Origin: Lama glama
Lineage: Eukaryota
Assembly (NCBI GenBank): GCA_028534125.1
Contig: CM052818.1
Span: forward strand, 20,648,001-20,712,000
Direction: 5' to 3'
DNA: 64,000 nucleotides
The translations under genes and the position numbers were made by a program. Shown piece after piece: positions 1 to 14,059 of the stretch; positions within the stretch are counted from its first letter, which is position 1, and each line of letters starts with the position of its first letter. The notes below the pieces were generated by a model that was given only the letters and a program-made list of their open reading frames with translations, ran no database searches and was not told the origin of the DNA.

Positions 1-1194
1 CCGATGTAATCGCATCGTAAGTCAAGGAATATCCGTATATACAACTTTTGTTAACAATGCCTCAACAAAACTGGAAAGAAAGAAGAAAGACGAGAGCCCT
101 GAGATCAGCCCTCAGGAGGCGTAAATCCCACAGCTCAGGATAAGCACAGCAGCCACTGACTAGGAACGCCAGATGCTCTCATCTGATCGTCAGCACAAGG
201 ACTGCATGCAGGGTAGGTGCTCTCACCCTCACCTCACAGATGAGGACACTGACACTGACGAAAGGCAAATAACTTGCCTAAGTGCTGAGACTAGAACCCC
301 AGACCACCTGACACCGAAGCCTCCTTGCCAGCTACTAAAGCCAGGCTGATTTCATGCTTCAGTGGGTAACTCCCCATTTCAGCTTTATTCATCTTTGTAT
401 TTGCTTTGTGACTTTGTACTGCTGGGTGATGCCTAAATTTCAGATACTAAGAGAGAAAGGAAATAATCCAGACTCATCAGATGTCTCTAAGAATCCAGGT
501 GTTTTGTAAAGCACCAATGTGAAACAGGGACCATTACCAGCCTGGAATTTAAGTGGGAATGGGACCTTCCTAGACCAATAGGAAGAATTCTGCCTTCACC
601 TGGGGCCATGCCTGGGTTAACCTACGACGAGGTGGGCAAACCTTGCTCTCTTCACTGTTACACCTTCTGGAATGGCCTCTTTTCTCGTTCAGGCCTTTAC
701 TGCCATAGAAGGCTTCGCGCTCTTCCCTCCGATCAAAACTGTCCCCAAAAGATTTGAGGAATCAGTCATTTACCCATGAGTGTATCTGAAGGTCACTGTG
801 ACCCCAGGACACCTACATTTTAAAGCTCCATCCTCCGATAAAGGGCCGGAGATCTTACTACAGGTGGACTGACAGGGGCATATTTTTGAGCATAAGGAAG
901 TAAAAGATTCTCTAGAGTGGCTACCAATGTTCTATCCAGTAAAGCAGATCAATTCAACCTTTGAGTTCCTCCAGTTTTTACAAAAAGAAACACAAAGTGC
1001 GTACGCATGTGTGGATGCACACACACTCACTCAAACACAAAATGGAATCTACCCAATAAGGTAGCAGTAGTTACTGGAACATAATTTATTATATAATATT
1101 ACATTATATATATAACATATTATATTTCAGGTCTTGTTCTAGGTGTAAATATAGCATCCTTAATCTTCAAACCTCATTTTCCCTTCTTCCTCAC

Positions 1195-1635
1195 TGTAAG
1201 TGTCCTACGGCCACCACAATAAAGCACCACAAACTGGGTGGTTTAAAACAATGGAAATATATTTCCTTGCAGTTCTAGAGGCTAGAAGTCTGAAATCAAG
1301 GCACTAGCAGGGCAATGGTCCCTTCAAAGCCTCTAAAAGAGATCCCTTCCTTGCCTTCTCCAGCCTCTGGGAGCCCCAAGTGTTCCTTGGCTTGTGACAG
1401 CATGATACCCATCCCTGCCTCCATCCTCATGTAGCCATCTTCTCCCTGTGTCTGTTGCTGGATCCAAATTTCCTCTTTTTATAAGCACCAACCATACTGG
1501 GTTGGAGCCCACTCCAATGACCTCACCAATTGATTACATCTGCAAAGACTCCACTTCCAAATAAGGTCATATTCTGAGATACTAGGGGTTAGGAGTTCAA
1601 TATATCTTTTGAGAGACACAATTCAACTCATCACA
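1195..1635 (-). mobile_element. MaLR solo LTR (MLT1B/C-like)
   Basis: CACCACAAACTGGGTGGTTTAAAACAA..CAGTTCTAGAGGCTAGAAGTCTGAAATCAAGG..CCAAATAAGGTCATATTCTGAG; reverse-complement similar to 8983-9395. Confidence 0.85.
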
Positions 1636-4600
1636 CCCCACCTATGAGCCAGTGGTGACCTCAAGGTCCTACACGGTCCCAGTCAAAGCAAAGTTCATTT
1701 CATTCCCTAGATTATCCTCAGCCAAGCGGAACACAGACTCAAATGCCTTGCAGAAATCAATCACATCAAAGATGGATGGTGCTGTGCTTCTCCCTGCTGC
1801 TCCCCCTGCTTCAAATCTCTTCTCTCCCATCCACGGAGTTCAAGCACCTGATCCCGAGGAGCCTTCCTGACCTCCCAGCCTGGGTGGGAACTCCCTCCTT
1901 CAGGATCTCTGCACACCATCTGTCTCTCCCTCATCACCCTCATCACTATTGCAATTTTCCATTTGCTCTGGGATTATTTGATAGATGTCTTGCATCTTCC
2001 AGCTTTGTTCACGGCAGTATTCCTGACTCTTAGCCCAGCCCCTGGCTCTCATTAGGGGCTCAGAGTCCTCCGTCCTTGGAAAGACAACTCAGATAACCAT
2101 TTCATCCTTAGTTCCAAGTAGCCTGGTTAGTTAAGTGCAGTCATTGGCCTTGCGACCCAAGCCTTCCTCCTTCATGGCCTGGGCCCAGCCTGCCTTCCCT
2201 CTACAGCCCAGCTTACAGCTGGCAGTCACTAAGAACCCGGGAGCTACCACCCAGTGCTACCGCCTCACCTCCACAGTTCCCCTCACCCTGCCTCCAGCCC
2301 TCATCAGTGTGAGAAACAGTGTCTTCACTCCCACCAGACACAAGAGGCGGCAGAGTTTTCCAGGGTCCTAAGAAGTGTTTCCACTTCACACCTTCCTCAT
2401 CAGCCTGCAGTCACAAACAGTTTCCAGGAAGCCACTACCTTCTGAGGATTCAATTTTGAACTTTCAGCACCCTACTCAACCCTGTACACCACACACACCA
2501 ATCTGCTTCTGAAATCCTTCGGGTCCATAAAAAGCATGGCAGGCTTCCTTGGGGTCAGCTTTAAACAGTCACCATAGCTAAAGCAAGTTGGGCTGTGTAT
2601 GGATAAAGACGGCAAAGCTGCGGGTGACCCAGCCTGGAGACGGGTCCTCCCCGCCTCCCACAGCAGCCCATCACGTGCAGGGCTCTGTGTGGTACCACCG
2701 AGGAGGGACATCTGGCCAGTCCCTCACTCCTTCACTCACTGTGTAATTCATTATAATTCATTCACCCCCTCACTCAGCCAAACTTTATTAAATTCTTCTA
2801 ATGTCAGCAGAACAATTTAACATTTGGAGATTGATAGAGGGGGAAAAAAAGAGGCCCATCTTGTTCCTATATTCCAGCATCTTAACTCTGGAGAGACACA
2901 GACAAGGAATCAAATAATGAGAAGGCAACAGAGGTAAGAGAAAAAGGGCTACAGAAGGTTGCATCTCTGGGGCTTGGGAGGAGCCCCTCCTCTGCCAGAA
3001 AAGGACAGTCAGACAGGGAGGAAGGTGGGGGTGGGGGGCGTAAGGCAAAGCTTCCAAGTAGAGGGAAAGACCAATACGTTAGGGGAACAGCAAACCACCA
3101 CTTGCCTGTGGTGTAGGGTGTCCAGTAAAAATAGAAATAGACGAAGCTAACAAGATAAAACTGGGGGCCAGTTTATAAAGGGTCTCATATTAGCTGAAAA
3201 GGCATAATTTGTTGCCACTCCCTTGACAATACATAAATCTTAGCCTAAGACTAAGGTGAATTTTGAAGGTCACGGATGTTAATTCCCTCAAAAGGGGTAC
3301 AAGCACATATGCATCTACATATCATGCCTGTTCTGTTCACCTCTACACGCACAATCCGATCCCCAGAAACCCAGAGGACTCCCGACCACACGGCTGTCCT
3401 TGGTCGCCCTCAGGGCTTTCTCAGATTGGCTGTTCCTCCAGATGGATTCCAAGGATACGTGCATTTGCAGTCATGCCCAGAGACAAGAATTTGGATTTGA
3501 AAGGCTGAATCTCATCCTTGTTGTTTCCTGCTCACATTGCCGGCTTCCCTCCCCTTCTCTTCCCCTCTTTCGTCTTCCTTTCTCTCTTCCTTTATAATAT
3601 TTTTTTTCCTGGGCTCACTGCTGTTTGCAACAGCTGCTGAATTTCACATATCTGGGAAGTCCATTAATGTGCTGTTTACTTGAGCACCACATCGTTAGCA
3701 GAGATGTTGGGCAAAGTCAAGCCTGTCACACCCCCACCCCCACCCCCAGGGAGCCATATCCCCAGGCCGACTGGAGGGGGGAGGGGTGGGGAGGGGTGTA
3801 GGGGAGGGGGGCCGGAAACACTCCCTCCAAACAACCCCTTCCCTTCACTCCCAGTCCCGACTGGAGACATATGCTTGAAAGCAAGCTAGATCACATCAAC
3901 TTTACTAAAATAAGATTGGATATAACAATTTGAGATTCGGGTAGAAAAACATTCCATCAAATTCACCTACTCGCAATCTGGGTACTTTAATGTCCGTCTA
4001 TAAAGTAGATAATCACACACAAAATCCTATTTTAACCACTTGTCCAGAAGCTTGCCCACAAAATGAGCATCATGCAGCCAAACGTTCCATTTGCACGTGG
4101 CACCCGATGGAGCATTTGTGGAAAAAAAGCCCGCACAGACTCATGTCCACTCTAATCACAGCTGCCTGGAAATTGAAAATAAGTCTACAGGGAGATGACA
4201 CACGCTCACAGCACTTTGGAAACTGGTTTCTTTCGTCTGTCAAAAGGCTGCACTCCATTCACTCTGGCTGAGAATGGAGTGCTCGGGAGTTTTAATGGTC
4301 TCAGTTTCTTTCAATGTAGGAAACAAATACACACACAATTAAAGAAACTGGTGACAAATTCCACCTACCTGCAGGAATATCTGAGTGCTGGTTCAGGCAA
4401 AAAAAAAAAAGTCCTCTGGGAACTGGGGTAGTCAGCTGGGCTGCTCTGGAAATTCATTCAGTCTGGAAATGGGACCCTCACAGGAAGGGCGGGACTTAGA
4501 AACAGGAAGCTCCTTCCGGTCAGCTCCTGGGAAGGGAGGCAGGTGAGTCCTTGGACCTCCAGGTGAAGCTGGCACCTGCAGGAAGCTGCCGAAAATGTGA

Positions 4601-7600
4601 GGGAACCAGGGCTAGAGTGAAGAAAAAAAAAAGGAGGCTGGAGATGCCCCGCACATGTGCCAAGCAGTCCCCACGCGGTGAAGAGCAGAAGCCTGTTCTA
4701 CGCTGGCCCCCAACCTCTTCGCTTTCATTGGGAGGTTCTGGTTGCCATTTCCAGTCTAGTTTTGTTTTGTCTGCTTGTTTTTGGTATTTTATTTTGTTTT
4801 GTTTGTTGACAGTAGAAGACTTTATCTGTCCTGGTTAAATGAAGAAGAAAATGGATTTACACCTATATTTTGGCGAAGACCAATAGAGAATCAGAACACC
4901 ATTAGGAGGCAGAAGGAGCAACAGTGAGAGCCAGACCAGAGGTCTCCGAAAGTCCAAAAAAAAAACCCCTCAGGATCAGAGCCAAGCAGAATGTGGGTAG
5001 CCAGGAGGACCTGGCAAAGCTGAGGTGACACCCCCTCCCCACCATCCCAGGCTCTCCCAGGCAGAGCACTGGCTTTGAAAGGAGAAAGTAATCACTTGTC
5101 GGCTACATTTTATATGGAGACATCCTCCTAAGTATTAGAGCAAAATCCACCTTTGATATCAGGGGATAAACTCAGTCTCAACCACGGGCAGGAATGGAAG
5201 AGCAGTCAGAAAAGGATGTGCCTCCAGCTCCGTACTAAACATGGCCCTTTGGGGCAGGTACAGAAGCCAAGCGGGAAAGAAGGTTCAGAATAAAAAGGAA
5301 GTGGGGTTCAGCGTTCCAGGGGGAGAGCAGATCTGAGACTAGGAGGCTGTGGTCACATGACAAGTCACATGACCAACGTCCTGTGTAATCGCTTCCTGGT
5401 CATTACCTGCACAGTCAGGGTATTAGAGCTCTTTGGGTTCTGTGAAGAGTCTAGAAATGTAATGAAGGGCCCAACGCTGGAACAAGAGGCCACAGAGTGG
5501 CCAGATTTCACTGCGTGGAACCATCTGACAACCAGCATTCTCAGCTTCCTGTGAGAAAATTCCAGCTGGGTGGGAAAGCCGAGCTCCAGGTTCCCAGGTC
5601 TGCACTTACCCCCACTGACTCGGCAGCTCTGTGTCGTGCCTTTTGCTTATTTCAGAAAAGACCTAAATTTTTCAAAGGAAATGAAACGAGGAGGCCAAGT
5701 GGCCCTTTCTTCTGCCCCGTGGTCCTGTGGCTTCTCTCCTGAGAGCTCTGAGAAAATGGAGTGTGGCGGGTGGGGGGGATGGAGCAAAGCCATAGCGGGA
5801 ATTAGGGACATCAGAGAAGCCATCAGGAGAGCAAAGACACACAAAGCATCTCAACCGAAATCCAAAATGTGAGGACGAGAAGAGAGTGGGTGTGCTTCGC
5901 TCCCTCCTGCCAAAATCCCCCCCCAGGGACCTGGAAAAGCAAGGTGTCTCTTTTGTGGCCCCAGCCAATCTACGGCGAGGAACTGCCACTGATATTTAAC
6001 AAGGCCCCCAGAAAGCCTTTTTCATAATTTAAAAAAAGTAATTATTTTAACCACTGATGTGTATAATAAACTCTTGTCAGCCTGACATTAAAATCTGTTT
6101 CTTTTCTCTGCTCCCCACCCTCTTCCCCACAAAGTGCTCGCTTCCCACAAGCACTGCACATGTTCTATTATTGTTATTTTAGAATTGCTTCAGGGAGCTC
6201 TGTGATGGGCAGTTATTTTGTTAAGTGGTGGTGCGTTATCCAACACACACACCATCTCCTTGCAGGAAAGGAGAGAAAGATTGGAATGCAATCAGTCTCT
6301 CCACCTCCAGCCTGGGACTGGGTTCTCTTCGGAGTGGTGATGGTTTCAGAAAACTCTTTGTGGGAATAGGGGAAATCCAAAGAGGAATGTTATCAAGATC
6401 CTTAGATGTTAAGGGCAAAAGATTAATGTTGAGAGTAGCGGGAAAGAGAGAAAACCTGAAAAATGGGGTCTTCCCCTCCAGCTTTACAGTAACCTACATT
6501 CTGCAGTTTGGAGGAATGAACCCAAGCTCCTGGGGGAGGTCTCCTAACAGAGAGGGGAGAAACAGGAAGGAAGAAGTGCCCTTCTGGTAGGTGAGTTCCA
6601 CAAGGGCAGGGAACACGGTCAATGCATCTTGCATGAGGTAGTAGACAGGAAAGGCAACTTGCTTCCCAAAACAGGGACTTGCCCCTGTGACCCCGAGTCT
6701 GTAACTTCCTGTAGCTCCCACTCACTCACAGGAACAAGTCCACACTCTTCAGCCTTATACTCAAAGCCCTCCACAGTCCAGACTCCTCCTACCTGATCAC
6801 AATTCATTGCCAGATACAATCCACTGTAGTCTGGCCAGCCTTCTCCATGCCTCATGGACATGCCATGTTGTTTCCAACATGTTGGCCATCAGCCTGGGAT
6901 GCAACTGCATTTCTTACCTACATATGCAAACCACCATCATTCAAAGTCCCATTCTTGTCTTCCATGAAGCCTTTCTCAACCACTCAAGCCAATGCTGAGC
7001 TTGCCTCTCTCCTTTCTGAACTACAAAACTAGCACAGGGAACCCGCCTCAGGAGTCTCCTCTCCTAGGGTAGGACAGGCTCTAAGTCCCATGTAAGTCCT
7101 ATGAAATCAGGAAACCCATTCCTCTTATATCTGTGAGCACTGAGTACAGGGCTGGATTGACTGATGCCTTTGGTACCAGTAAGCATAGCAAGCAGTTGAG
7201 GTCACACACTCCAGGCTTCCTAACCCCATCCTCACTCTCCTGCCCCACTCTCTACTCTGGATGGTGACAGAGAGAGAATGGTTATTTCCAGGTCAGGCTC
7301 CTATAGCAGTTTTGCTTTCCCAGATGACAGATTAGTTCTTGGGTCAGAAAAAGCCCATCTGGGATGTCAGAGCTATCCCTTAGTTTTGGAAACAGCCATA
7401 AAATGCAAAAGCTAGACACTCTATGAGGAAGCTTCTGGAGCTGGGTGTGAGCCTTCAGTTCTCATGGCAGTGGGGGACAGCAGAAGCCGATAATCATAAA
7501 ATTCTCCACCCACAGGTCAACTGGTCCATTCTCCAATATTCAGGGTGGCTGTGATTCCACTGCAAGAATGACCCTTGTGGATTAAAAATCTGCACAAGAT

Positions 7601-7859
7601 TCACACTGCATTCACACAATGACTCCTTATATTGTTGCCAAGATTCCCTCGAGAGTCTGAGTTAAACTTTTCCTTCTCTCTCGGCTCCCCATCCCCATAG
7701 CCTGCCATCTTTTCTAGAACTCAGTTCATTGAATAATTCTCCTCTTTGGTCTCTTCCTGACTGTGCCTTCTCTTTTCTCTGCTTCCTCGGGTGGCCTGAC
7801 TTCTCTCTTCTCCCTGCCAGAAAGTGACAGTCTAGCCTTCCCTCCTTTGCAAGAGTGAC

Positions 7860-8821
7860 AGTCGGTCCTCAGCACCTCACTTCCACATCTCCCGCTCATC
7901 TCCTTGGCCTCCTGCAATTTGGATTCTTCCCTGGTTGCTTCACCAAGAGGGTTTTCTCCCATCAGCCTCCAGACAGTACATCAGCTGTCAGCTCTGACAG
8001 TCTCCTTCCTTTTTGTTTTTCTCAGCTAACTCGAGGCTGATGCAGCCCTGCTGGGGGCCCCGTCTTCTCTCTCCTCTCCCTTCCGTGCCTTTCCTACCCC
8101 TGCCCATCCCCTAGGCATTCTCCAAGGCCTGGGTCTTACCCCACTGCCCTTCTGCCTCCGTCCCCTCTCTCTCCAGGTCACTTCATCCACTCCCGTGGTT
8201 TCAACCAGCACCTTGGCATTCCTGCCTCCAACCCAGACCTCTTCCACCAGAATGGCAATCTCAAGTTTCAAAATGTGTGCTGGGCACCTACACCAGGGGG
8301 TTACAGTGACCCCAAACTCAACATATTTGCAAACAAATTCATAATCTTCCCTTTCAAGTTTGCTTTCTTCCTCCTGTCGAAAGGCATCACCCTCCCAGTC
8401 AACCCCACCAGAAGCCTGAGGGGCAGCTCTCCCCTGACCATCTCCCCCTACCCATCCACTGCCACCTTCTATCAACTCCCCTGCCCCTGCCCCATTCCTC
8501 ATGAGCTGTTCCTGACTTCTCACCCCATCGCCACTGCCAAGTTCAGGCCGTCCTGGGCTGCACGGTCTCCTATGGGATCTCTCAACTGCCCTCCATCTTT
8601 CCCTCATATTTCTGCCAGAAGCGTCTTTCTTCCCAGGTCTAACCAAGTATGCTTTCATAACTTTGCTCACACTCAGTCTGAAAGGCCCTTTGCTCCCTAC
8701 TTCTCTAGAACTAAAACCCATCATTCAATGCCACATGCCCAGGAAAATGCCTCCCCAGCGTCTTCATAACTTATCCATTCTGCCTCACATTACAGATGTG
8801 TGTTTGGTGTTGATTGGAGTG

Positions 8822-8870
<49 letters not shown>

Positions 8871-8975
8871 CCCCTATCTTGGACTCTTACAACACAGAGC
8901 TTGGGCCTCCTTTAGCACTAATTTCACCATCCTTTTCCATCAGTTTCCCCCACTGAACTGGAAGCTACCTAAGGA
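7860..8975 (+). mobile_element. L2 LINE remnant
   Basis: C/T-rich sense L2 text (CTTCATCCACTCCCGTGGTTTCAAC; CCCAAACTCAACAT; GAACTGGAAGCTACCTAAGGACAGG). Confidence 0.65.
8818..8870. repeat. (GT)n microsatellite
   Basis: 18 pure GT units at 8829-8864 with degenerate flanks. Confidence 0.95.
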
Positions 8976-8982
8976 CAGGTGG

Positions 8983-9395
8983 GGCTATGGGTTGAATTGT
9001 GTCCCCCAAAAAGATAAGCCCTGACACCTGTGAATGTGACCTTATTTGGAAATAGAGCCTTTGTAGATGTAATCAAGTGAAGATGAGGTCATTAGGGTGG
9101 GTCCTCTATCCAATGACAGGTTGTCCTTATAAGAAGAGAAGACAGAGGCAGGGAAGGAGAAAGACAGCCATGTAAAGGCAGAGCCAGGGCCTGGAGTTCT
9201 GCTGACAAAAACTGAGGAATGTCTGGGGCTACTAGAAGCTGAAAGAGACAAGGGAGGATTCCTTGACAGGTTTCAGAGGAAGGATGACCTTGCCAGCACC
9301 TTGTAGCTTCCAGAACCATGAGAGAAAAAATTTCTGTTGTTGTAAGCCATCCAGTTTGAGATACTTTGTTATGGCCACCCTGCGAGACTAACACA
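8983..9395 (+). mobile_element. MaLR solo LTR (MLT1B/C-like) with 5-bp TSD
   Basis: CTATGGGTTGAATTGTGTCCCCCAAAA..GAATGTGACCTTATTTGGAAATAG..ACTAACACA; GGTGG on both flanks. Confidence 0.88.
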
Positions 9396-12300
9396 GGTGG
9401 GAACTGTGTCTTAATTCCTCTTTGTGGATTGTCAGTATCCACAGAGTCCTTGAAACTCATCAACTTCTTGGGGAACTTGTGAACAAAAAATGAACCAAAC
9501 ACACCAAGGAATTTCTGCCATGAAGGTAGTTGTTTTTTTTTTTTTTAATTAATTCCTTAGACTTGGATGTATGTTCATACCTAACCACCATTTCCTAAGA
9601 CAGAATTACTGGCCCACAAACCCTAGAACCTCAGATCTGGGTCTTGTGTCCAGAAAGAGAAAGCGAAAGAGATGGGCTGAGTCTAAGCCACCTGTGCCCT
9701 TCTCATCTGGCCTCATGGAAACACTGGCAAAGCAGCTGGTGAGCCCTGCAGGTGTCCTCCACAGGGGAGTGAGGTTTTCCTCCGTGCAGAGAGGTGACCT
9801 TGGACTCACTAGCACAGGGCCCTGTGCCACTAAGCCAATGACCTCAAATACCAGCCAGCAGAAATGAGAGTCACTAAAAGGGGCGTGGGGAGAGAAGGCT
9901 GAGAAAGACAGCATCTCTCTTCACATGCAAAGGAAAGCAGAGGATAATTATCAAGATGTCAGCACCCAGCGAAATACTTTCAATTCAACCAAGTGGACAC
10001 TTGAACCAAATGCTGTTTAGGGACAAACAGGGTAGGGAGAAGCTGTCTGAATTCACCCCCTGAGAGTGAGTTTTTCTCTTTTCCTTGAACCAACATGTCG
10101 GGGGTGTTCCAGAAAAACCTCTGAATGAAAAGAGGGGAAACACTCTCTGAGCCGGTGTCCCTCCGTCTGTCTGTCTCCACCAGCGTGGTGGCCATAAATA
10201 ACACTCATGAGTCACAGTGAAAACCCACGACCTCTCTGGAGACACAGCAGAGCAGCAGCAGGTGCACCCAGGCCTGTTCCTGGGAGGAACTCAAGTCTAG
10301 GGTCGGGGTAGGGAGGGAGCCGGGAGGGGGGTTTTACCATCCCCGCTGCACAAATGCAAATGGTCCTGCCCGCATGCTTATAAGGGAGAACTGCCCAGCC
10401 TTCACGGAGGGACACGGCTCACTGGCTCCCAGAGGCCCCCTCTCGGGCCTGGTTACAGCCTTTCGTTCCTGAATCCTGGAAACTTGATGCTCCTCTTGTG
10501 TGTGATTTTAAATAAAACGAATACTGAGCTGTAAGAAGAGGAAGTCCAACAAAGTTCAGGCTTTTCCCAGGGTGACTACTTTGAAGCTTTCTGGTAAATA
10601 CTAAACAGAAAATTCTTTCCAAAATAAATGTGCCTCGTCCCTCCTCTTCTGGCACTTCATCTGCCTCGGGGTAGTCTGCCGAGCAGGGCCCACGCGGCTA
10701 CGGTTGTGCCACAGCTCGCGGAGCACGCGGTCGCCTTCCCACCGTCCCCTCCAGCCCTGAGAGTGCCTTAGTCTCTCACTCAATCATCCGATACAGGGGG
10801 GAAACCACCCGGGCCCTCCCTCCGCCTCCCTAAGTCTATGACCTTCCTTACTTCCGGCTCCCACTCTCTTTGAGAGGTTCTCCGGAATCCCCGAAATTAT
10901 TTTTTTAACTTTCTGAAATGAAAAATCTCTAACAAGTATATATCATTTTAAATGGTGGTGACGTTTCGGTCTCAAATCTTTTTCCCTTTTACCAGTGACC
11001 CAGCCATCAACAGGAATGGCAGTTCTCATGTGGGTAAAAATGACAGTACAGGAGGCTCACCCTGCGGAAATAAACATGCCTGCTCCATCTCCTGCCTCTG
11101 CCGACATAAGGATTTGCGCTTCCTCCGACTCCTCACTCCATACAGGACTGATGGGGGGCGGGAGAGGGGTGCTTTTATCTCCTAAGAGGAGGAGCAGCAC
11201 CTGTAATTCGTTACAACTAATTTTTTTTCTTATTCAGACATCATTTTCACCAAAAGGTGAAAGTCACAGAAACTTCAAGGTAGGGAGAACTAAAGGAAAG
11301 ATCTATGACTATAAACTGACTCTTCAAGGACAAGACATGAGTTAAACTAATCATTGAATTATGGATGATCATACTGTAGACCCTTTAAGAGGGAGAAAGC
11401 AGACAGATGAGAGCCTGTAATTACAATTTCCAAAATTATAAAGTAAAAAGTTTCCAAAATTAAGTTTAAAAAAAAAAGCAAGAAGCAGGGCAATTACCCC
11501 ATGTGTTTTCGAAAGATATATATACACAATATGCTTACAGAATACTTCTAGACAGATGTACAAGGAGCTAGTATATTTGCCTCTGGAGAGGGAACTGGGA
11601 GTCTGGGATAAGAGAAAGGTAATTTTTCACCATCTGCCTTTTTTACCGTTTGAATTCTTTACAAAGTGTATCTATGAAATCTTTTTTTTTAATATTATAA
11701 ACATATAAACACAAATAAAGCATAAATCACACATTTTTGGTTCTTAACGAGGAAAGAGAACTTGAAACTAATACCTTCATTTCACGAATGAGGAAACCAA
11801 GGTCCAGGGAATTCCCTGAGGGTGGTTGGAGGCTGGACCTCCTAACCTTCAGTTCAGTTCTCTCTACCTTTCACAGTATTTCCTTATTCATGGTCACGTT
11901 CTGGTTGCCCAAGGTTACCTGAATCTACTCACCAGGTAAATGAGGCGTCACTGTTCTTTATTTCAATTATGCGACATGCTTAAAACAGGGAATACAAGAT
12001 CTATATTTTTTTTATAATCAAATACTATTCCCAAGGGGCTACAAGAGTGGTGCTTAAATCTCTCCCTCCATGAAAAGAAATGATTCCAAACTTACTAGGT
12101 TTCTTGAACCCTGTTTTTCTTTTATGAGGTTTGCTTTAAACAGAGCACACAGATGGCTCCTCCGTGCCTGTAACATTTGGTTCATTTTCCTTGTGTTCTT
12201 ACGTTCTGGCCACATCAGTGCTATCTGCTTTGAAACATGAGCTCCCAAAAGGTCGGCACCAATTCACTTCTGCTGTTGATGCTCAACTAATGAATTATGC

Positions 12301-13469
12301 CTCATACAGGCATTTCAGACACCTTCTAATATGACAGTCTCTTTAGCTAATGCACTTAACCCCAGGCCCAAGGTGCTTCTGCTGTAGGTGCGATTTATAA
12401 AATGATCATAACAAATCATTAGAATGTATTCTTCCAACCCAGACAGGAAGCTCTACTTGAAATCCTGTTCTCCGTGCCTTATTTTTCTTGACTTAACCAA
12501 TACAATAGCTGAAGTGTTACGTAAGTCAGAGATTCTAAATGTTTGGTCTCTTTCAAGAAACCCACAAAATCAACACAATCATTTGGTGGTTTAGGCATTT
12601 GCCATTAACAAAGCCTAGACTGATGACCTATTTCTTATGCATAATGTATTCATCCAAGTTAAATTCTCTTCATTTTGCTAAATTCTAGCCTCTACTGTTT
12701 ATAAACTCCTGGAATGGTTATTTTATTAGGCCTTATTTTTGGGTTAAGGGAGGAAAAAAAAAGGCAATCTAACATGGTACTTTTAAAATGATACTTTAAG
12801 GAACAAAAGAGATTAAAACCAAAGTTTGAGCATCCATGAATTTCAACTTATCTTCTTCTGGTATATACCCTTTTCTGGACAGATATGAGCTCTAACATCT
12901 TATTCTAGGACTTTCCTATTTTTTTAATAATAAAAAATTTTTTACCTATCCACCCATTAATTGCTTGAAAATATTCCCTTCTGGCCTCCAACTGCTCAGA
13001 GACCTCCCTTAGCAATTTCCTTACCTGTAATTAAGCTGATGCTCTCTGTAACAGGTTGCATCATTATCTGAGTCAAATTAATGTTGGTATGAAAGTAATG
13101 TCAAGTCTGAGGGTTCCCCATACACTGGATCCAAGAAGATGGTCCTAGGGGAGCTTCCATCTTGAGGCATACCAGGAGGCCAGAACGGATGTCCCCAAGT
13201 AGTGAGGGGTACACTGACCAGTTACTCTAGCTCTCGGGGCCCAGTGTCAAAAGGCTACCAGGAACCCCCCATCACACTGGCCTCCAAAGTCCTACCAGGT
13301 GTTTCCAAACAGAGCTCTTGATGCCAGAGAAGCAGGTGGAAACCTAGCCCAACAGGGCTAGCTTTGCTCTGGTAATTCAAAGCACAGGGCAATTAATGGA
13401 AATGTTTATGCCAGCTATAAAATTCTGGTTTTTGAAGTGAAAAAAAAAAGTGAATGAAGGGCCTCAAAT

Positions 13470-13635
13470 GGCAAAATATCCTTCTTTCTTATGGGTGAGT
13501 TGTATTACATTACATATATATGCTGCATCTTCTTTATCCATTCATCTATTGATGTGCACTTAGGATGCTTCCGTATCTTGGCAATTGAAAAGAATGTTGC
13601 TCTTAATAGTGGGGTGTACGTATCTTTATAAATTA
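13470..13635 (-). mobile_element. L1 fragment (ORF2 3' region)
   Basis: CATCTTCTTTATCCATTCATCTATTGATG..CACTTAGG..GCTTCC.TATCTTGGC is characteristic antisense L1 sequence. Confidence 0.8.
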
Positions 13636-14059
13636 ATTCTTATTTTGTGCTTGGCTTTTACTCCTTTGATAACTACGTAAGTTTAAAAAGCTAAAAAAGC
13701 TCTAAACATTTTTAGAAACAATGAAGAGTACATATATGTAAATTTTAAAAATATGTTCAGTGTAGTGTGTATATGTATTTACATGCAATATATTGTATTT
13801 GTGCAAATTGTTATAATTCTACCTAATAAAACTGAAAAATAGGGGGGAAAAAACCACAGGGCAATTATTTTATAATTAGGATTCCTTTTCTGAAACACCA
13901 GAATAATGTCTTAAATTTAAAGAACACCTTTCTTCTTCTTTTCAGGCAGCCTTGCTTGTTTCTGAGATGCTCTTATACCAGCCATCTCAAGTGTCAGGAA
14001 ACTAGAATCATTATTCCCACCTCACAGATGAGCAAAATGCAACACACAGTAATGACATT

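Noticed and set aside
8026..8769. 232-aa and 164-aa ORFs
   Set aside because: They lie within a degraded L2 remnant with biased composition.
1195..9395. Inverted MLT1 pair as a long-range dsRNA
   Set aside because: The copies are old, visibly diverged and about 7 kb apart, so stable pairing is unlikely.
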